From a virus (taxonomy: Duplodnaviria; Caudoviricetes): a DNA stretch of 38,299 nucleotides. The DNA is taken from the IMG/VR virus record IMGVR_UViG_3300043707_000018, positions 1-38,299 of that record; one strand, written 5' to 3'. Positions within the stretch are counted from its first letter, which is position 1; every line of letters begins with the position of its first letter. Under the pieces are notes generated by a model. That model did not search any database. It worked only from the letters and a program-made list of their open reading frames with translations, and had not been told where the DNA came from. Positions 9,734-20,029 of this stretch are shown piece after piece. The translations under genes were made by a program, and so were the position numbers.

Positions 9734-10479
9734 TGCCAAGAGTTCCAACGGGATTACAACCGTTCCCAACACAAGCGGTTAATTTGCTCAATGATGTCCT
9801 TACAAGAGCCAGAACCCATCTTAATGATGACGACGGGAGTAATTGGCCTGATCCTAGGCTTATCCCAAAGGCTCAGCAGGCATTTGAGGAACTCGAAGCA
9901 GATCTTATTCTCGCAGGGATTCCGATCATCAATTCTCAGAATACTATCTTCACCGTACCTGCTTACGATATTAATGCTCATGGTGGAGTTCCTTTTGATC
10001 TATCTACTTTACCGGCTTATCCTAAAGATATGATAATGCCGATTCAGATGAAAGAACGCGATGTTTGGGAGCAATGGCGTGATTTTGTGGATATGATCGA
10101 AACTGATTTTGCCCCAATAACAAGTACGGACTTGAGGTTACGATATTGGACATGGTATCAAGGGAAGATTGTGGTAATGGGATGTTTAAGGGATCGGCAA
10201 GTTTTATTACGTTACCAGAGATTCCTCCCCGTACCTGGACTCAATTCAGATTCAATTATTGTGCCGTTGGGCCAATTGCACTTGTCGTACAGAACCGCCG
10301 CATTGGCAGCGTTGAGTCAACCAACAATGCGACAGTTGGGAATGGATCTAGACCAGAGAGCTCAGATTAATCTTGATAAAATCGTCAGGATGAATATCAA
10401 ACAACAACAGAATCTCCCTACGAAACGTAGACCATACCATAGAGGATATGGAAGGAACAGAGTTCTGAGGGATTTCTAG
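9730..10479 (+). CDS. head-tail adaptor / tail tubular protein A-like, paralog 2
   Basis: ARTHLND...WPDPRLIPKAQQAFEE; collinear similarity to 9101..9733. Confidence 0.6.
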   Translation: MMPRVPTGLQPFPTQAVNLLNDVLTRARTHLNDDDGSNWPDPRLIPKAQQAFEELEADLILAGIPIINSQNTIFTVPAYDINAHGGVPFDLSTLPAYPKDMIMPIQMKERDVWEQWRDFVDMIETDFAPITSTDLRLRYWTWYQGKIVVMGCLRDRQVLLRYQRFLPVPGLNSDSIIVPLGQLHLSYRTAALAALSQPTMRQLGMDLDQRAQINLDKIVRMNIKQQQNLPTKRRPYHRGYGRNRVLRDF

Positions 10480-10565
10480 TGTGGAGAGAATGGAAATATA
10501 GAATCATTGAGATCGTAGTAATATTGATTGGAGTTTGGCTCGAAATTAAATATGTATCTCACTGA
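10479..10565 (+). CDS. 28-aa single-transmembrane peptide (MWREWKYRIIEIVVILIGVWLEIKYVSH), not in the ORF track
   Basis: GTG overlaps the upstream TAG (TAGTG, as at 14602-14606); GAGGG upstream; fills the intergenic gap; hydrophobic core. Confidence 0.5.
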   Translation: MWREWKYRIIEIVVILIGVWLEIKYVSH

Positions 10566-12621
10566 GTATCAGCGGCTTTCAATAGACAATTTCATGGGAT
10601 TGTGGAATCGAAATAGCTTTGACGATATTCCAGTCGACCATGCCTCTGATGCTCATAATGTGGCTTTCACGAGAAAGAGGGAGGTTATAACTCGAAGGGC
10701 CGCAAGTTTAGGAAGATTTACGAATCCTGGACCAGTTATGAGACAATTCATTGCTGAGTTCAACAATAATGATCCTGTTCCCATACATTGCGATGGTCAA
10801 GGCAATATATGGAGGGATGACGAGGGTGGAGCAATTCTGAGTATTCCAGGAATGATTGATGCTGATTTCTTGAATTTTGGAAACCATCTTTATATTGCTC
10901 CTATGGTATCTCCTGGATTTCCTCTTCCGAAGATATACGTTTGGGTTGATCCTCGTACAACCGTACCAGTACCCGCTGCTGGCCCTCCTCCTGGGGTAAT
11001 GGGAGTTAGAGCAATTAGTACTGCCGGAATTACTGGTCCTGGATGGTATGGAATTGCGGTTAGTTTTGTTTCTGCAACGGGGTATGTTACGTCTCCAAAT
11101 ATAGACCCAGCCACAGTTACAACTCAAGATCCAGCAGGAGGATGGCAGACTTTACTTGTTGGGGTGTTACCAGATCCTAATGTTCCTGGGGATCTAGGTC
11201 ACCCTGGAGAAATCATAGTCGAAAGTTTACCTCCATTACCTCCTGGATTCACGAGTTATATAATTTGGGTTACAAAGGCTAATCAAGATGTTCCCGGACA
11301 GCCTGGATCTGGACAAGATTTGGCTCGAAAGGATGCACTTTTTCAATGGATTGAGGTACGACCCGATCAGTTTAGTTTTCCATTCGTGATAGATTTCTTT
11401 GATACACAACTTGTGATTCCTGCGAGTAATCTCCCGGGGAATGGAAACATTCTGAACAATCTGCCAGTTTTACCGGGAGGGTTTGGTCTAGGGGGAGTTG
11501 CATTACAGAAGTATCATAACAGAATGGTCATTCTTGCGACAGAAGTTACAATGGATGAAGATGGTACTGTTCATACTTTCAAGGATGATAGAGTTTGGAT
11601 ATCCAACGCAGGTGCTCCTGAGAACTTTGACCAAGTTACAGGATATGTACGGGTTCAAGCCGAATTCGATGGAAATAAAACAAGGACAGGATTTGAGCTT
11701 TTTGGTGTGTTTTACATCTGTAAAGCTATAGGAACTTTCTCGACGACAGATAATGGATCTGAACCAAACGACCCAACTAATCCTTGGATCGTTAACATGA
11801 TCGATGGAGGAATAGGTAGTTGGCATCATGGAGTTGGTACTATATCGGGATCACAATCGGCCCTATCATTTAATTCTACAGCTTTCCTGGCGAATCGGAA
11901 CGGATTGTTTCTTTTTAATGGTAACGTCCTTAGGCCTGAACTGAGTTGGAAGATTCGTGGTATCTGGGATCGAATTGGTCACGGGAGTGATCTCGAACCT
12001 AAAATTCGAGTTGCTGTTGATATCTATCAGGATATGCTTTATGTGATGCTTCCTGTGCCGCCAAGTGATCCAGCGTATCCCTATATCTTATTAATGGCAG
12101 ATTACTCATTAGGGTTAGATAATCAGAACATTCGTTGGTCAACGATAAACTTTCCATTTCCAGTATTCGATATCATGATGGGATATTACACAGGAGATGT
12201 AACTCAGCCTGATGATTACTTTTTGAGACTTGGATCTGATGGATCGATATTCAGATTGGATGGTAGCACTCTTGCAGACTTTGTTACACATCCTATTGAT
12301 AGTTATTATCAACCTGGACCAGCAATGGTTGGTGACTTAGGATCGGTGAATAACTTCAGATTCATTAGATATAGAGGATCAGGTGCTGGTACCTTGACAA
12401 CTCTACTTACAGATCAGGGTGGTACGACTCCATTTGAGCCTGCAGCTTCCGTAACGTTGCTACCGTTTCCTGGGAATTTCAAGGATCAGGGAATCCAGAT
12501 CAATTACATGAATGAAAAATTGGCATTTCGATTTGGAACAAATGGGATAAACGATCATTTCCGAATCGCACGAGTTGACGTTTTTGCCAAACAGAGGTGG
12601 CCCACGAGACCAAATGGCTAG
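10552..12621 (+). CDS. tail nozzle / DNA stabilization protein (P22 gp10 or T7 gp12-like)
   Basis: ~690 aa beta-rich protein after the adaptors; YHNRMVI...RVWISNAGAPENF propeller-like motif. Start uncertain (10528 TTG or 10552 ATG). Confidence 0.65.
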   Translation: MYLTEYQRLSIDNFMGLWNRNSFDDIPVDHASDAHNVAFTRKREVITRRAASLGRFTNPGPVMRQFIAEFNNNDPVPIHCDGQGNIWRDDEGGAILSIPGMIDADFLNFGNHLYIAPMVSPGFPLPKIYVWVDPRTTVPVPAAGPPPGVMGVRAISTAGITGPGWYGIAVSFVSATGYVTSPNIDPATVTTQDPAGGWQTLLVGVLPDPNVPGDLGHPGEIIVESLPPLPPGFTSYIIWVTKANQDVPGQPGSGQDLARKDALFQWIEVRPDQFSFPFVIDFFDTQLVIPASNLPGNGNILNNLPVLPGGFGLGGVALQKYHNRMVILATEVTMDEDGTVHTFKDDRVWISNAGAPENFDQVTGYVRVQAEFDGNKTRTGFELFGVFYICKAIGTFSTTDNGSEPNDPTNPWIVNMIDGGIGSWHHGVGTISGSQSALSFNSTAFLANRNGLFLFNGNVLRPELSWKIRGIWDRIGHGSDLEPKIRVAVDIYQDMLYVMLPVPPSDPAYPYILLMADYSLGLDNQNIRWSTINFPFPVFDIMMGYYTGDVTQPDDYFLRLGSDGSIFRLDGSTLADFVTHPIDSYYQPGPAMVGDLGSVNNFRFIRYRGSGAGTLTTLLTDQGGTTPFEPAASVTLLPFPGNFKDQGIQINYMNEKLAFRFGTNGINDHFRIARVDVFAKQRWPTRPNG

Positions 12622-13372
12622 TGCTAAAACTACAAGTACTCGCACATCGAGCACAACAGTTAGTGACCTTGCCCGAAAAAGAGGGATCAATGATCTAGTA
12701 AGCCATATTGCTAAATCTGATAACCATCTTTGGCAAGCTCTGCAAAGCTTACAAGAGCAATCGAATCATCTTGTACAGAATGTAATGGATTTATCTAATG
12801 CAACGGTAGCATTGGGAGCTGCACAAACTCCTACTGTGACTCCAGCAGTTCCGGGCACTGGAGGCTCTCCTGGAGGATCTTCAAGTTCTGGTGCAGGAAC
12901 CGGAGGGACTCCAGGTGGAGGGAGTTCTGGAGGAATCACCGGTGGTATTGTTCCTCCAGGAACCGGAGCAGAGCCACCTCTATTAGCTAATTTCATCTTA
13001 TTAAACCCAACTTCACACCGTAACCCCAATGGAATTATAAGCTACGATGCAGATGTTCAATGGAACAATCCAGGTGCTCCTGGATCTGATTTCAATCTGG
13101 GCGGCGCGCAAATTTGGGTTGTGTCTACTAATGATCCAAACTTTGCTCCTCCCATTCTAGTTGGAGCGGCGGCATATAATCATGTGCTTGGATCTGCACA
13201 AGGTACACACATAACTCAACAAATTGGACCTCCGCAAGGAGGTACTTGGGTAGTTGCCTGTATACCTATAAATAATGTTGGGCAAAGATTACGAGAGCCC
13301 GATACCTACCCCAGCGCCGATTTTACCGATGTTATTCAGACGAGGACGTGGGATCTAGTCCCACCAGGATAA
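12614..13372 (+). CDS. tail needle/fibre-like virion protein
   Basis: N-terminal coiled coil, G/S/T/P linker, beta-rich C-terminal domain. Start ATG 12614. Confidence 0.55.
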   Translation: MASAKTTSTRTSSTTVSDLARKRGINDLVSHIAKSDNHLWQALQSLQEQSNHLVQNVMDLSNATVALGAAQTPTVTPAVPGTGGSPGGSSSSGAGTGGTPGGGSSGGITGGIVPPGTGAEPPLLANFILLNPTSHRNPNGIISYDADVQWNNPGAPGSDFNLGGAQIWVVSTNDPNFAPPILVGAAAYNHVLGSAQGTHITQQIGPPQGGTWVVACIPINNVGQRLREPDTYPSADFTDVIQTRTWDLVPPG

Positions 13373-13374
13373 AT

Positions 13375-13689
13375 ATGGAAAAAACAATTACATTCAGTCG
13401 TAGTGAGATGATGCAGCTTCAGCAACTTGAAATGGAGCGGCAACAACTTCTCGCACAGATTGGCGAAATAATGCTCAATCTGGAATCCGCTCGAAAAAGT
13501 CTTGATACTTGTAATGAAAAGAGAAATCAATTCGTTCGAGGAATAATTTTGAATAATGGCATTGGTCAATTTAAATCAGTACGACCGACGGAGAATGGAA
13601 TGGTCGTTATCATTCCTGATGAAGAACCAGAGCCTCAAATCGCAAAAGTTAACGGGGGAATAGATGCCCACGAGAAAAGTGCAAGTTGA
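13375..13689 (+). CDS. hypothetical coiled-coil protein (possible fibre chaperone)
   Basis: ATG 13375; heptad-rich sequence. Confidence 0.65.
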   Translation: MEKTITFSRSEMMQLQQLEMERQQLLAQIGEIMLNLESARKSLDTCNEKRNQFVRGIILNNGIGQFKSVRPTENGMVVIIPDEEPEPQIAKVNGGIDAHEKSAS

Positions 13690-14248
13690 GTGGACTGGGA
13701 TTGGTGTCGATCCTAAATACCCCCTAGACGTTGCTGGTGATGTCAACTGTACTGGAACGTTTAGGATAAATGGGACTCCTATCACTGCATTTACTTGGGG
13801 AAAAACTAATGTCCTCCCGATTACTAAACCTGGGCAGGTACCTCTAGGACCAATCACTCTATCAAGTGGTAATGGTATATCGTTCGATAAAGAGAAAGAT
13901 ATCCTAACAATTAGCGTCTCGAATGAATGGAGAAGCTTCGGATTTTCGGTATTTGATAAATCCGGTGTAGTCAAATCACGGGCATCTGGACAATACATGG
14001 CTCTTGGATCTATATGCTTTGTACAGATGTCTGCCGAAATGAGTCAGGATGTTGAGAGTCCATTTAGAATCACTCTACCTTTGCCAAGTGTTGGAGCGGT
14101 GAGACAATCATTGAACGTCTATGCCAATAGGGATGCTCCAATAATTTACAATGTCGGGGTACAACAAGGAAGTTTAAGCTTTGAGACAACCCCTAAGAAA
14201 TCGGAGGGTGTAGTTTTCTCGATCAATGGACAATATAGGGTATCTTGA
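13664..14248 (+). CDS. tail fibre-like protein
   Basis: GIGVDPKYPLDVAGDVN is the GIG-x-x-P-x-x-x-LDV-x-G fibre shaft repeat; C-terminal beta domain ending INGQYRV resembles short-fibre tip domains. Confidence 0.6.
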   Translation: MPTRKVQVEWTGIGVDPKYPLDVAGDVNCTGTFRINGTPITAFTWGKTNVLPITKPGQVPLGPITLSSGNGISFDKEKDILTISVSNEWRSFGFSVFDKSGVVKSRASGQYMALGSICFVQMSAEMSQDVESPFRITLPLPSVGAVRQSLNVYANRDAPIIYNVGVQQGSLSFETTPKKSEGVVFSINGQYRVS

Positions 14249-14604
14249 TAAGAGATCTTAACATAGGCGATTTAGTTCATCTCGAGGGACATGCTCTATT
14301 TCCCCTCGCAAATTTGAGTAACAAGCCTATGTTATTTGAGAAGACTATTGAAGATGACAAAGGTTTGATTGGTTCTATCTTCATCAACAAAACTGTTGAG
14401 CTATCGGCAATTTTCGATCCACGTGCAAAACGGATAAAGATCGCCGCAATGAAAGATATCGAGGATTTCATAATAAAGAATCTGATACCACGTGGAATTA
14501 GAGACGTTCATGCGTTTGTGTGTGATCCAAAGTTTGCTAACTTTTTGGTTGAGCATTTTGGATTTGAGTATGCAATGGGTAGAGCTTTGGTTAGGAGATT
14601 TTAG
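14245..14604 (+). CDS. GNAT-fold-like virion assembly protein (position of P22 gp14 / T7 gp13)
   Basis: 119 aa immediately before the ejection genes; RGIRDVHAFV...FLVEHFGFE resembles a GNAT C-terminal motif. Confidence 0.45.
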   Translation: MIRDLNIGDLVHLEGHALFPLANLSNKPMLFEKTIEDDKGLIGSIFINKTVELSAIFDPRAKRIKIAAMKDIEDFIIKNLIPRGIRDVHAFVCDPKFANFLVEHFGFEYAMGRALVRRF

Positions 14605-15470
14605 TGGCAAAAGCTCAAACATCGGCCGCAACATCAGGGGCAAAGAGTCTAATAGACCAAGCCAACAAAGAGCTACCTCCCGTAATTCAGGGATTTCAGG
14701 ACCAGAGAACACAGGATATCCAAACAGCTAATCGGTTATTGGGAGAAGCTGAATCTGGATATCAACAGCAACAAACAACTGGAGGATATGATCCTACTCA
14801 GTTAGCTAATCTCAGGACTGAACTTGGTGGGATGGCTCCCACTGGAGGATATGATCCAGAGCAGTTAGCTGCAATCACTGGAGGGTATGGCAACTTTGCT
14901 CAAACTGGTGGATTCACTTTACCACAACAACAGACCTACTTAAGACAAGCAACTGCCGGATTGGGTACGACCGAATCAGCACTGGCGAACGCCGCTCGTA
15001 GATCCGCCGCAGCGACGGGAGGGGATGCAAGCGCTGCAATTGCTCAAATGCAAGGAGAGTTGGGAGGTCAACAAGCAGAAGCAACCAATACTGCTCTAGC
15101 TAATTTGAATGCACAGATCAATGCAAATAAGTTAGCTGGTCTAGGAGGTCTAGGGACAACAGAAGCTAATCTCGCACAGGCTAGACAGGGAGTTGCAGGT
15201 CTACAAACTGGATTAGAGGGTGGTGTCGCTCGAGGAGTGCAAGCTGCAAATCAAGGTTTGGCTGGATTATTCAATACAGAAACTGGACAGATTACAGCAC
15301 AGGGTCAACAGTTATTAGATGCTATGGGTCTCAAGTACTCGACACAGCAAGGAGCGATTAATGCTCTGACTCAACTTAGTAGGAATCCTGGATTGTTTCA
15401 GACTGCAATTGGTGATGTTGCACAATTAGGTGGCGCGGCGGTTGGAGCTTATAAGGGACTATATGGGTAG
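14604..15470 (+). CDS. internal virion / DNA ejection protein 1
   Basis: A/G/Q-rich, three TGG(Y/F) repeats (TGGYDPTQL, TGGYDPEQL, TGGFTLPQQ), hydrophobic Gly-rich C-terminus. Confidence 0.65.
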   Translation: MAKAQTSAATSGAKSLIDQANKELPPVIQGFQDQRTQDIQTANRLLGEAESGYQQQQTTGGYDPTQLANLRTELGGMAPTGGYDPEQLAAITGGYGNFAQTGGFTLPQQQTYLRQATAGLGTTESALANAARRSAAATGGDASAAIAQMQGELGGQQAEATNTALANLNAQINANKLAGLGGLGTTEANLAQARQGVAGLQTGLEGGVARGVQAANQGLAGLFNTETGQITAQGQQLLDAMGLKYSTQQGAINALTQLSRNPGLFQTAIGDVAQLGGAAVGAYKGLYG

Positions 15471-17031
15471 CTATAATCCAGGGCTAGATCCCGCTGGAAT
15501 CAATCCAGATATAAAATTTCGTCAGATGTTGCAAGCACAACAGCAACAGAATCTGATAAACCAAATAGCTCAGCAGGGACAACAACTGCCTCCGCAAATA
15601 GAACCTCCAGGTCCAGTAACTGCACCTCCTGCTGGGACTCCTCAGAATCCAACTGTTGCTGATGTTGCACAAGCTCATGCGGATGTAGGAAATCTCCCCG
15701 GAACTATCCCTGGAGCACCAGCTAACGCTCCACCAGGAAGTCCAGCATTACCTCCAACTCCACCTCCGCAAATGGCAGGATCTCAACCCGTTGCTCCTCC
15801 GCCGCCCGCGGCGCCTAGTCCACTGGAAGAGTATCAGAATCAGCTTTTACAGAGACAGAAAGCTGTGGATGCGGCGACTGAAAATATAATAAATTATCAT
15901 CCTTCAGTAGGTAGAAGGATACTTGCTACTACACTTGGAGCCTTTGCTGGAATAGGTGGTCATCCAGAGATGGGCTCAATGATTCGCACCGCTGGAACTC
16001 CTCAACAGAAAGCATTAGATCTTGCTCAGAAGAGATTAGAGACGGCGCAACAAGCTTTTGGTACAGTCGCTGAAACTGAGAAGATTAAGGGAGAAGCTCA
16101 GAGAACCAAGTACGAAGGTATTAGAGCACAAGCCGAAGCAAACAAAGCCGCATTTGAAATATCCCCAGAAGGATTCCAACAGAAACTCCGATTAGCACAA
16201 GCTGCACATGAGAAGTACATGCAGTTTGAAGGTGTCGACGATCAAGGCCAACCTCATTCGGTACTCCTAGATGTTCAAGGAGGACAGATGTTAGATGCGG
16301 CCACGATGAAGCCTATAACTCCTGGGCAATATCAAACGATTAAAGATGTTCCCACCGTTAGGCAGGAGATGATTGGTCAACAGGCTGCGGCTAAGACTGA
16401 AGGTGCAAAAGAAATTGCACGGATGAGAATCCAGGCGGATATTGATAAGATAGGATTAAAGGGAGACGAAGCAATAAGAGTTGGAAACGCTTTAGAGGCT
16501 GGAAAACATGTCGATAGATTGTCTGAAATACAAGCAAGAGGAGCAGAGAATCTCAAGGCTATAGAAGAGAGAGCAAAGAACCCAACTATCCCTGCAACCC
16601 TCCGAACGATGGCTGGAAATGCTAAAGTTGCTCTGGATATGATTCCAGATATGGATAAAGAAATTGATTCCTTGGCGGATAGTTTGGGCAAAGCTAAAGG
16701 ACGATGGAATGATTTCTACGTCAATAAAGTTGGAGGTGATAACGGACCATTTGCCCACTTAGATGAAACCCTGACACTGTTTGCCTCTAGTCTTGCACAA
16801 GCTCACTATGGTACTAGAGGTACATCCTTAACTGCACACATGATGCAACAGTTTCGTGAAGCTCAGAGTCCTGAGGATCTTAAACAAAGAATCAAAGCTG
16901 CTGAAACCATCTTGAAGGATAGAGCTAGAGTGGGTGGTATACCAGAGCTTCCAGCAGGTGGACCAGGTCCAGTTAAAGCTCCTCCTCAACCTGGTGTAGA
17001 CCCAACTAATCCGATGAACCTCAAATTCTAA
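15463..17031 (+). CDS. internal virion / DNA ejection protein 2
   Basis: Pro/Gln-rich N-terminus and long helical body. Start ATG 15463. Confidence 0.6.
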   Translation: MGSYNPGLDPAGINPDIKFRQMLQAQQQQNLINQIAQQGQQLPPQIEPPGPVTAPPAGTPQNPTVADVAQAHADVGNLPGTIPGAPANAPPGSPALPPTPPPQMAGSQPVAPPPPAAPSPLEEYQNQLLQRQKAVDAATENIINYHPSVGRRILATTLGAFAGIGGHPEMGSMIRTAGTPQQKALDLAQKRLETAQQAFGTVAETEKIKGEAQRTKYEGIRAQAEANKAAFEISPEGFQQKLRLAQAAHEKYMQFEGVDDQGQPHSVLLDVQGGQMLDAATMKPITPGQYQTIKDVPTVRQEMIGQQAAAKTEGAKEIARMRIQADIDKIGLKGDEAIRVGNALEAGKHVDRLSEIQARGAENLKAIEERAKNPTIPATLRTMAGNAKVALDMIPDMDKEIDSLADSLGKAKGRWNDFYVNKVGGDNGPFAHLDETLTLFASSLAQAHYGTRGTSLTAHMMQQFREAQSPEDLKQRIKAAETILKDRARVGGIPELPAGGPGPVKAPPQPGVDPTNPMNLKF

Positions 17032-18641
17032 TGACTCCATCACCACCCACAGATACTCAGCCTTTAGACTATGTTGGTCTGGGTAAAAAGATAAAGTCTA
17101 CTTATCCTGACGTTAAGCTTTATCAAGAGCATTCAGACGAAGAAGTAGGTCGTGTCGCTTTAAAGCAATATCCAGACATGGCTCAGCACCTAACTAGTGC
17201 TACAGTCCTACCTAAAGAAATTGGGACAAGAGGATTACCAGTCGCCGCTCCCTTAAAGCCGGAGGAAGAATCTGGATTTGGGGAGAGAAGATTACGGGAC
17301 GTTGCGGCGTCCATTCCTCCTGTATTTGCCGCAACGGCTGCGTATAGGGGGGTGAAAGGAGAGAGTCCATTTGATCCCCGTAGTGGATATGGTAAAGGTG
17401 CTCAACAAATACAGGAATCACTCCCAGCATTCTTTAATCCTCGACAGGCAGGAATTCAACGTGGTATTACTGGTCTTATCAAAGGGACCGGAGAAATGCT
17501 TACTACTCCTGGGACTGTTGGTTTACTTGGTTCAAGTGTCGGAACCGCGGCAGCTAAAGGATTACCAGCAGCAGGTAGACATCTAGCAGAGACTGGAGTC
17601 ATTGGTGGTACAGCAATGGGTCTTGAGTCTGGAGCCGCCAAGTTAGCTAAAAGATTTGGCGCGGGTCCGGAAACTCAAGAGATGGTTGGAACAATGGCAG
17701 GCGCACTCCCCATTGCGACATTAGGATTTAAACCAGAGTGGGCTCTCAAGCCTGCTGGCATGGCAGTGAGAGGAGCGGGAAAGGTTCTAGGGAGTACTCC
17801 CGTAAGAGCGGCGGCTGGTCTTGGAATTGGGGAACTTCTCAGTAGCCAATTTGGAATCCCAAGAGTTGTTAGCGATCCTGTTATATCGGCTCTTGGTATG
17901 TTGTCCAAGAAGGATCTTAGGAAAGCAGCGTCAGAGAAAGCTATTGAGTTCATTGGAAAAGCTGGGAGATCCTTTAGAGGAGAGCCAGTAGAAGCCCCTG
18001 TTGCGAGACCGAATGCTCCTGGTGCTAAACCGTCAATTGAGAGGGGAAGACCTGGTCCTGTGTCTCCCCCTGGAGAGAAGCCTAAAAGTAACTATTCTGG
18101 TATCCTAGATACTATAGACGAGCAATTAAGGGAAAAGAGGCGAGCAGAAGGAACCTTTACTGGTCCAGCAGCTCCAACTGCAGCTGCACCTTCAGTACCA
18201 GGGGCTCAAGCTCCTCCGTCTCCACAGATGGCTCTTCCATTTGAGGGTGCTCCTCCATTACCAAGAGATCCAGAACAAATGAGACTCTTTGCAGAACCAC
18301 GTAAGCCATTAGGAGAAGAACAACTCACTGAAACTCAACAAACTCAGAGAACAGCTAAGGCGAATAAGCTAGCTCGATACGCGGCGATTCATATGCCGGA
18401 GTTGACTGAGCGAGAAATAAAAGCAAAAGCTGAGATCCGTGAGTGGAGGAAAGCACTTGGTCAGGCCGCGGGAGTTAAATACATCCCATCCAAGGATACA
18501 ATCCTCCACATGATTCCTACCTTCGTCGCTCATAAGAAAAAGATAACCGAAATGCTTGGTGAGGCGACGAAGGAATTTTCGGACAAGAGTCCTGACGTCG
18601 TCATGCAACCTTTCAAGTCTTCGGAAGAAGGTCGCCAGTAG
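17031..18641 (+). CDS. internal virion / DNA ejection protein 3
   Basis: Ala/Gly-rich hydrophobic helices, Pro-rich linker; last gene of the late block. Confidence 0.6.
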   Translation: MTPSPPTDTQPLDYVGLGKKIKSTYPDVKLYQEHSDEEVGRVALKQYPDMAQHLTSATVLPKEIGTRGLPVAAPLKPEEESGFGERRLRDVAASIPPVFAATAAYRGVKGESPFDPRSGYGKGAQQIQESLPAFFNPRQAGIQRGITGLIKGTGEMLTTPGTVGLLGSSVGTAAAKGLPAAGRHLAETGVIGGTAMGLESGAAKLAKRFGAGPETQEMVGTMAGALPIATLGFKPEWALKPAGMAVRGAGKVLGSTPVRAAAGLGIGELLSSQFGIPRVVSDPVISALGMLSKKDLRKAASEKAIEFIGKAGRSFRGEPVEAPVARPNAPGAKPSIERGRPGPVSPPGEKPKSNYSGILDTIDEQLREKRRAEGTFTGPAAPTAAAPSVPGAQAPPSPQMALPFEGAPPLPRDPEQMRLFAEPRKPLGEEQLTETQQTQRTAKANKLARYAAIHMPELTEREIKAKAEIREWRKALGQAAGVKYIPSKDTILHMIPTFVAHKKKITEMLGEATKEFSDKSPDVVMQPFKSSEEGRQ

Positions 18642-18861
18642 ACGCTTTCAGTAATTCCTCTGCAAACCTCTTTAAGTCTTCTCTCTTGTAGAAGACTAGA
18701 GAAACCCAGAATCTTCCGGAGATTCCAGGTTCGGCTATGCGGACCTTAACACGATCTCTTGTTGACATATCGTCAATGATTTTTGGGTCTACAATTTCGA
18801 TAAACATTTCGTCAATTAGATCCTCCTGCGAATTTAACGAACGCATCATAAAACTCTGCAT
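18613..18861 (-). CDS. hypothetical protein
   Basis: Last ORF of the leftward block; 3' end overlaps the convergent late gene. Start uncertain. Confidence 0.5.
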   Translation of the reverse strand: MQSFMMRSLNSQEDLIDEMFIEIVDPKIIDDMSTRDRVKVRIAEPGISGRFWVSLVFYKREDLKRFAEELLKASTGDLLPKT

Positions 18862-20020
18862 ATGCCTCCTTTGACATTTTGTACATTATGTCCTTTCCTT
18901 TTCGATATGGCTGTGTGATTCCTCGTGATTGTTGAAGACTTTCGATCGCTCTATCTAGTATTATTGAATCGATCCCATCGGGATGAAGCTTGGATAGGAG
19001 CTTGGCTCGTGATATCGTCTGATCGGGTGCATTTGCAAGAGCCTTTAGCACTGCCTTTATTGGTCCTGACACGTCTCCATTAGAACTGGTTAGCATCATT
19101 ATGTTTATTGCCGACATACACTCCTCACATTTGCGGATGGCTAAGGATACATCCTCAGCTTCCAAATTCAAATCATCCTTTCTGGCCAGACTTATAAGCA
19201 TGGCCGCCTTTAGAACTGAGTCTCCTAACCTACTTAGAGTCCCAGTTCTATCATCAATATTTGCTGTACTAATCTTATTGTACCACGGTTCATACAGATC
19301 CGCGGCCTCTTTTGTCCACTTAAATTCCCCAGTGATTGTAGATATTTTAAGTAATCTCAAGGTTAACTCATGTGTGTTTAACTTATTCTTTGGCGCGTAA
19401 ATTAATGGATTAATAAGCCTTGGTCCCTTCTCGTAAACTATAAACGTTCGTGCAATAAATCCACCTTCAACATCCTTTTGCTTTACCATTGCATCGAATA
19501 AGGTTTCATTCGACGCCACCAACAATGTCAAGCACGGGCTTTTTAACTCTTCAATGGGTGAAGATTTAAGCCTCTTCGTCCAACCTTTCTCATGCTCGTG
19601 AGTATTGTACAAAGCGGTAAGATATGTTAGAGCTTTCGGATCTTCCGTTAAAAACGATTCGAATTCGTCCGAAACCATTATACCTTGTGCCTCCTTGATC
19701 GGAGGTCTGCCTTCGTAAGTCCTCATCTGTGATAACTCTTGAGTCAACCCTTGGATAGAGTTGCAACCTGAAATCACTCTGCAAAGCCCTATATCTTCTA
19801 AAATCGATTTGCATATGCTAATTGGTACACCCTTTCTAGCTCCTGATCTTGATGAGACTAGCGCTACATAGATATTCGGATACAGCTTATAGTAATGTTT
19901 GTCGAGCCATATGTTCTTCCTCGCTATAGCCGCTATCGTTGCTAACCCTGACCACCAGAAGTACCTCTCAGGAGCTTCGTTCTCTTCTGTCGATTTAACT
20001 AACAGATCGAGCCAGCTCAA
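18812..20020 (-). CDS. DUF3987-like AAA+ ATPase, probable replicative helicase
   Basis: YPNIYVALVSSRSGARKG (divergent Walker A), MVSDEF (Walker B), GGFIAR, C-terminal winged-helix-like region; AGGAGG RBS with TTG start; adjacent to the polymerase. Confidence 0.65.
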   Translation of the reverse strand: MSWLDLLVKSTEENEAPERYFWWSGLATIAAIARKNIWLDKHYYKLYPNIYVALVSSRSGARKGVPISICKSILEDIGLCRVISGCNSIQGLTQELSQMRTYEGRPPIKEAQGIMVSDEFESFLTEDPKALTYLTALYNTHEHEKGWTKRLKSSPIEELKSPCLTLLVASNETLFDAMVKQKDVEGGFIARTFIVYEKGPRLINPLIYAPKNKLNTHELTLRLLKISTITGEFKWTKEAADLYEPWYNKISTANIDDRTGTLSRLGDSVLKAAMLISLARKDDLNLEAEDVSLAIRKCEECMSAINIMMLTSSNGDVSGPIKAVLKALANAPDQTISRAKLLSKLHPDGIDSIILDRAIESLQQSRGITQPYRKGKDIMYKMSKEAYAEFYDAFVKFAGGSN

Positions 20021-20029
20021 TAGAGCCTC

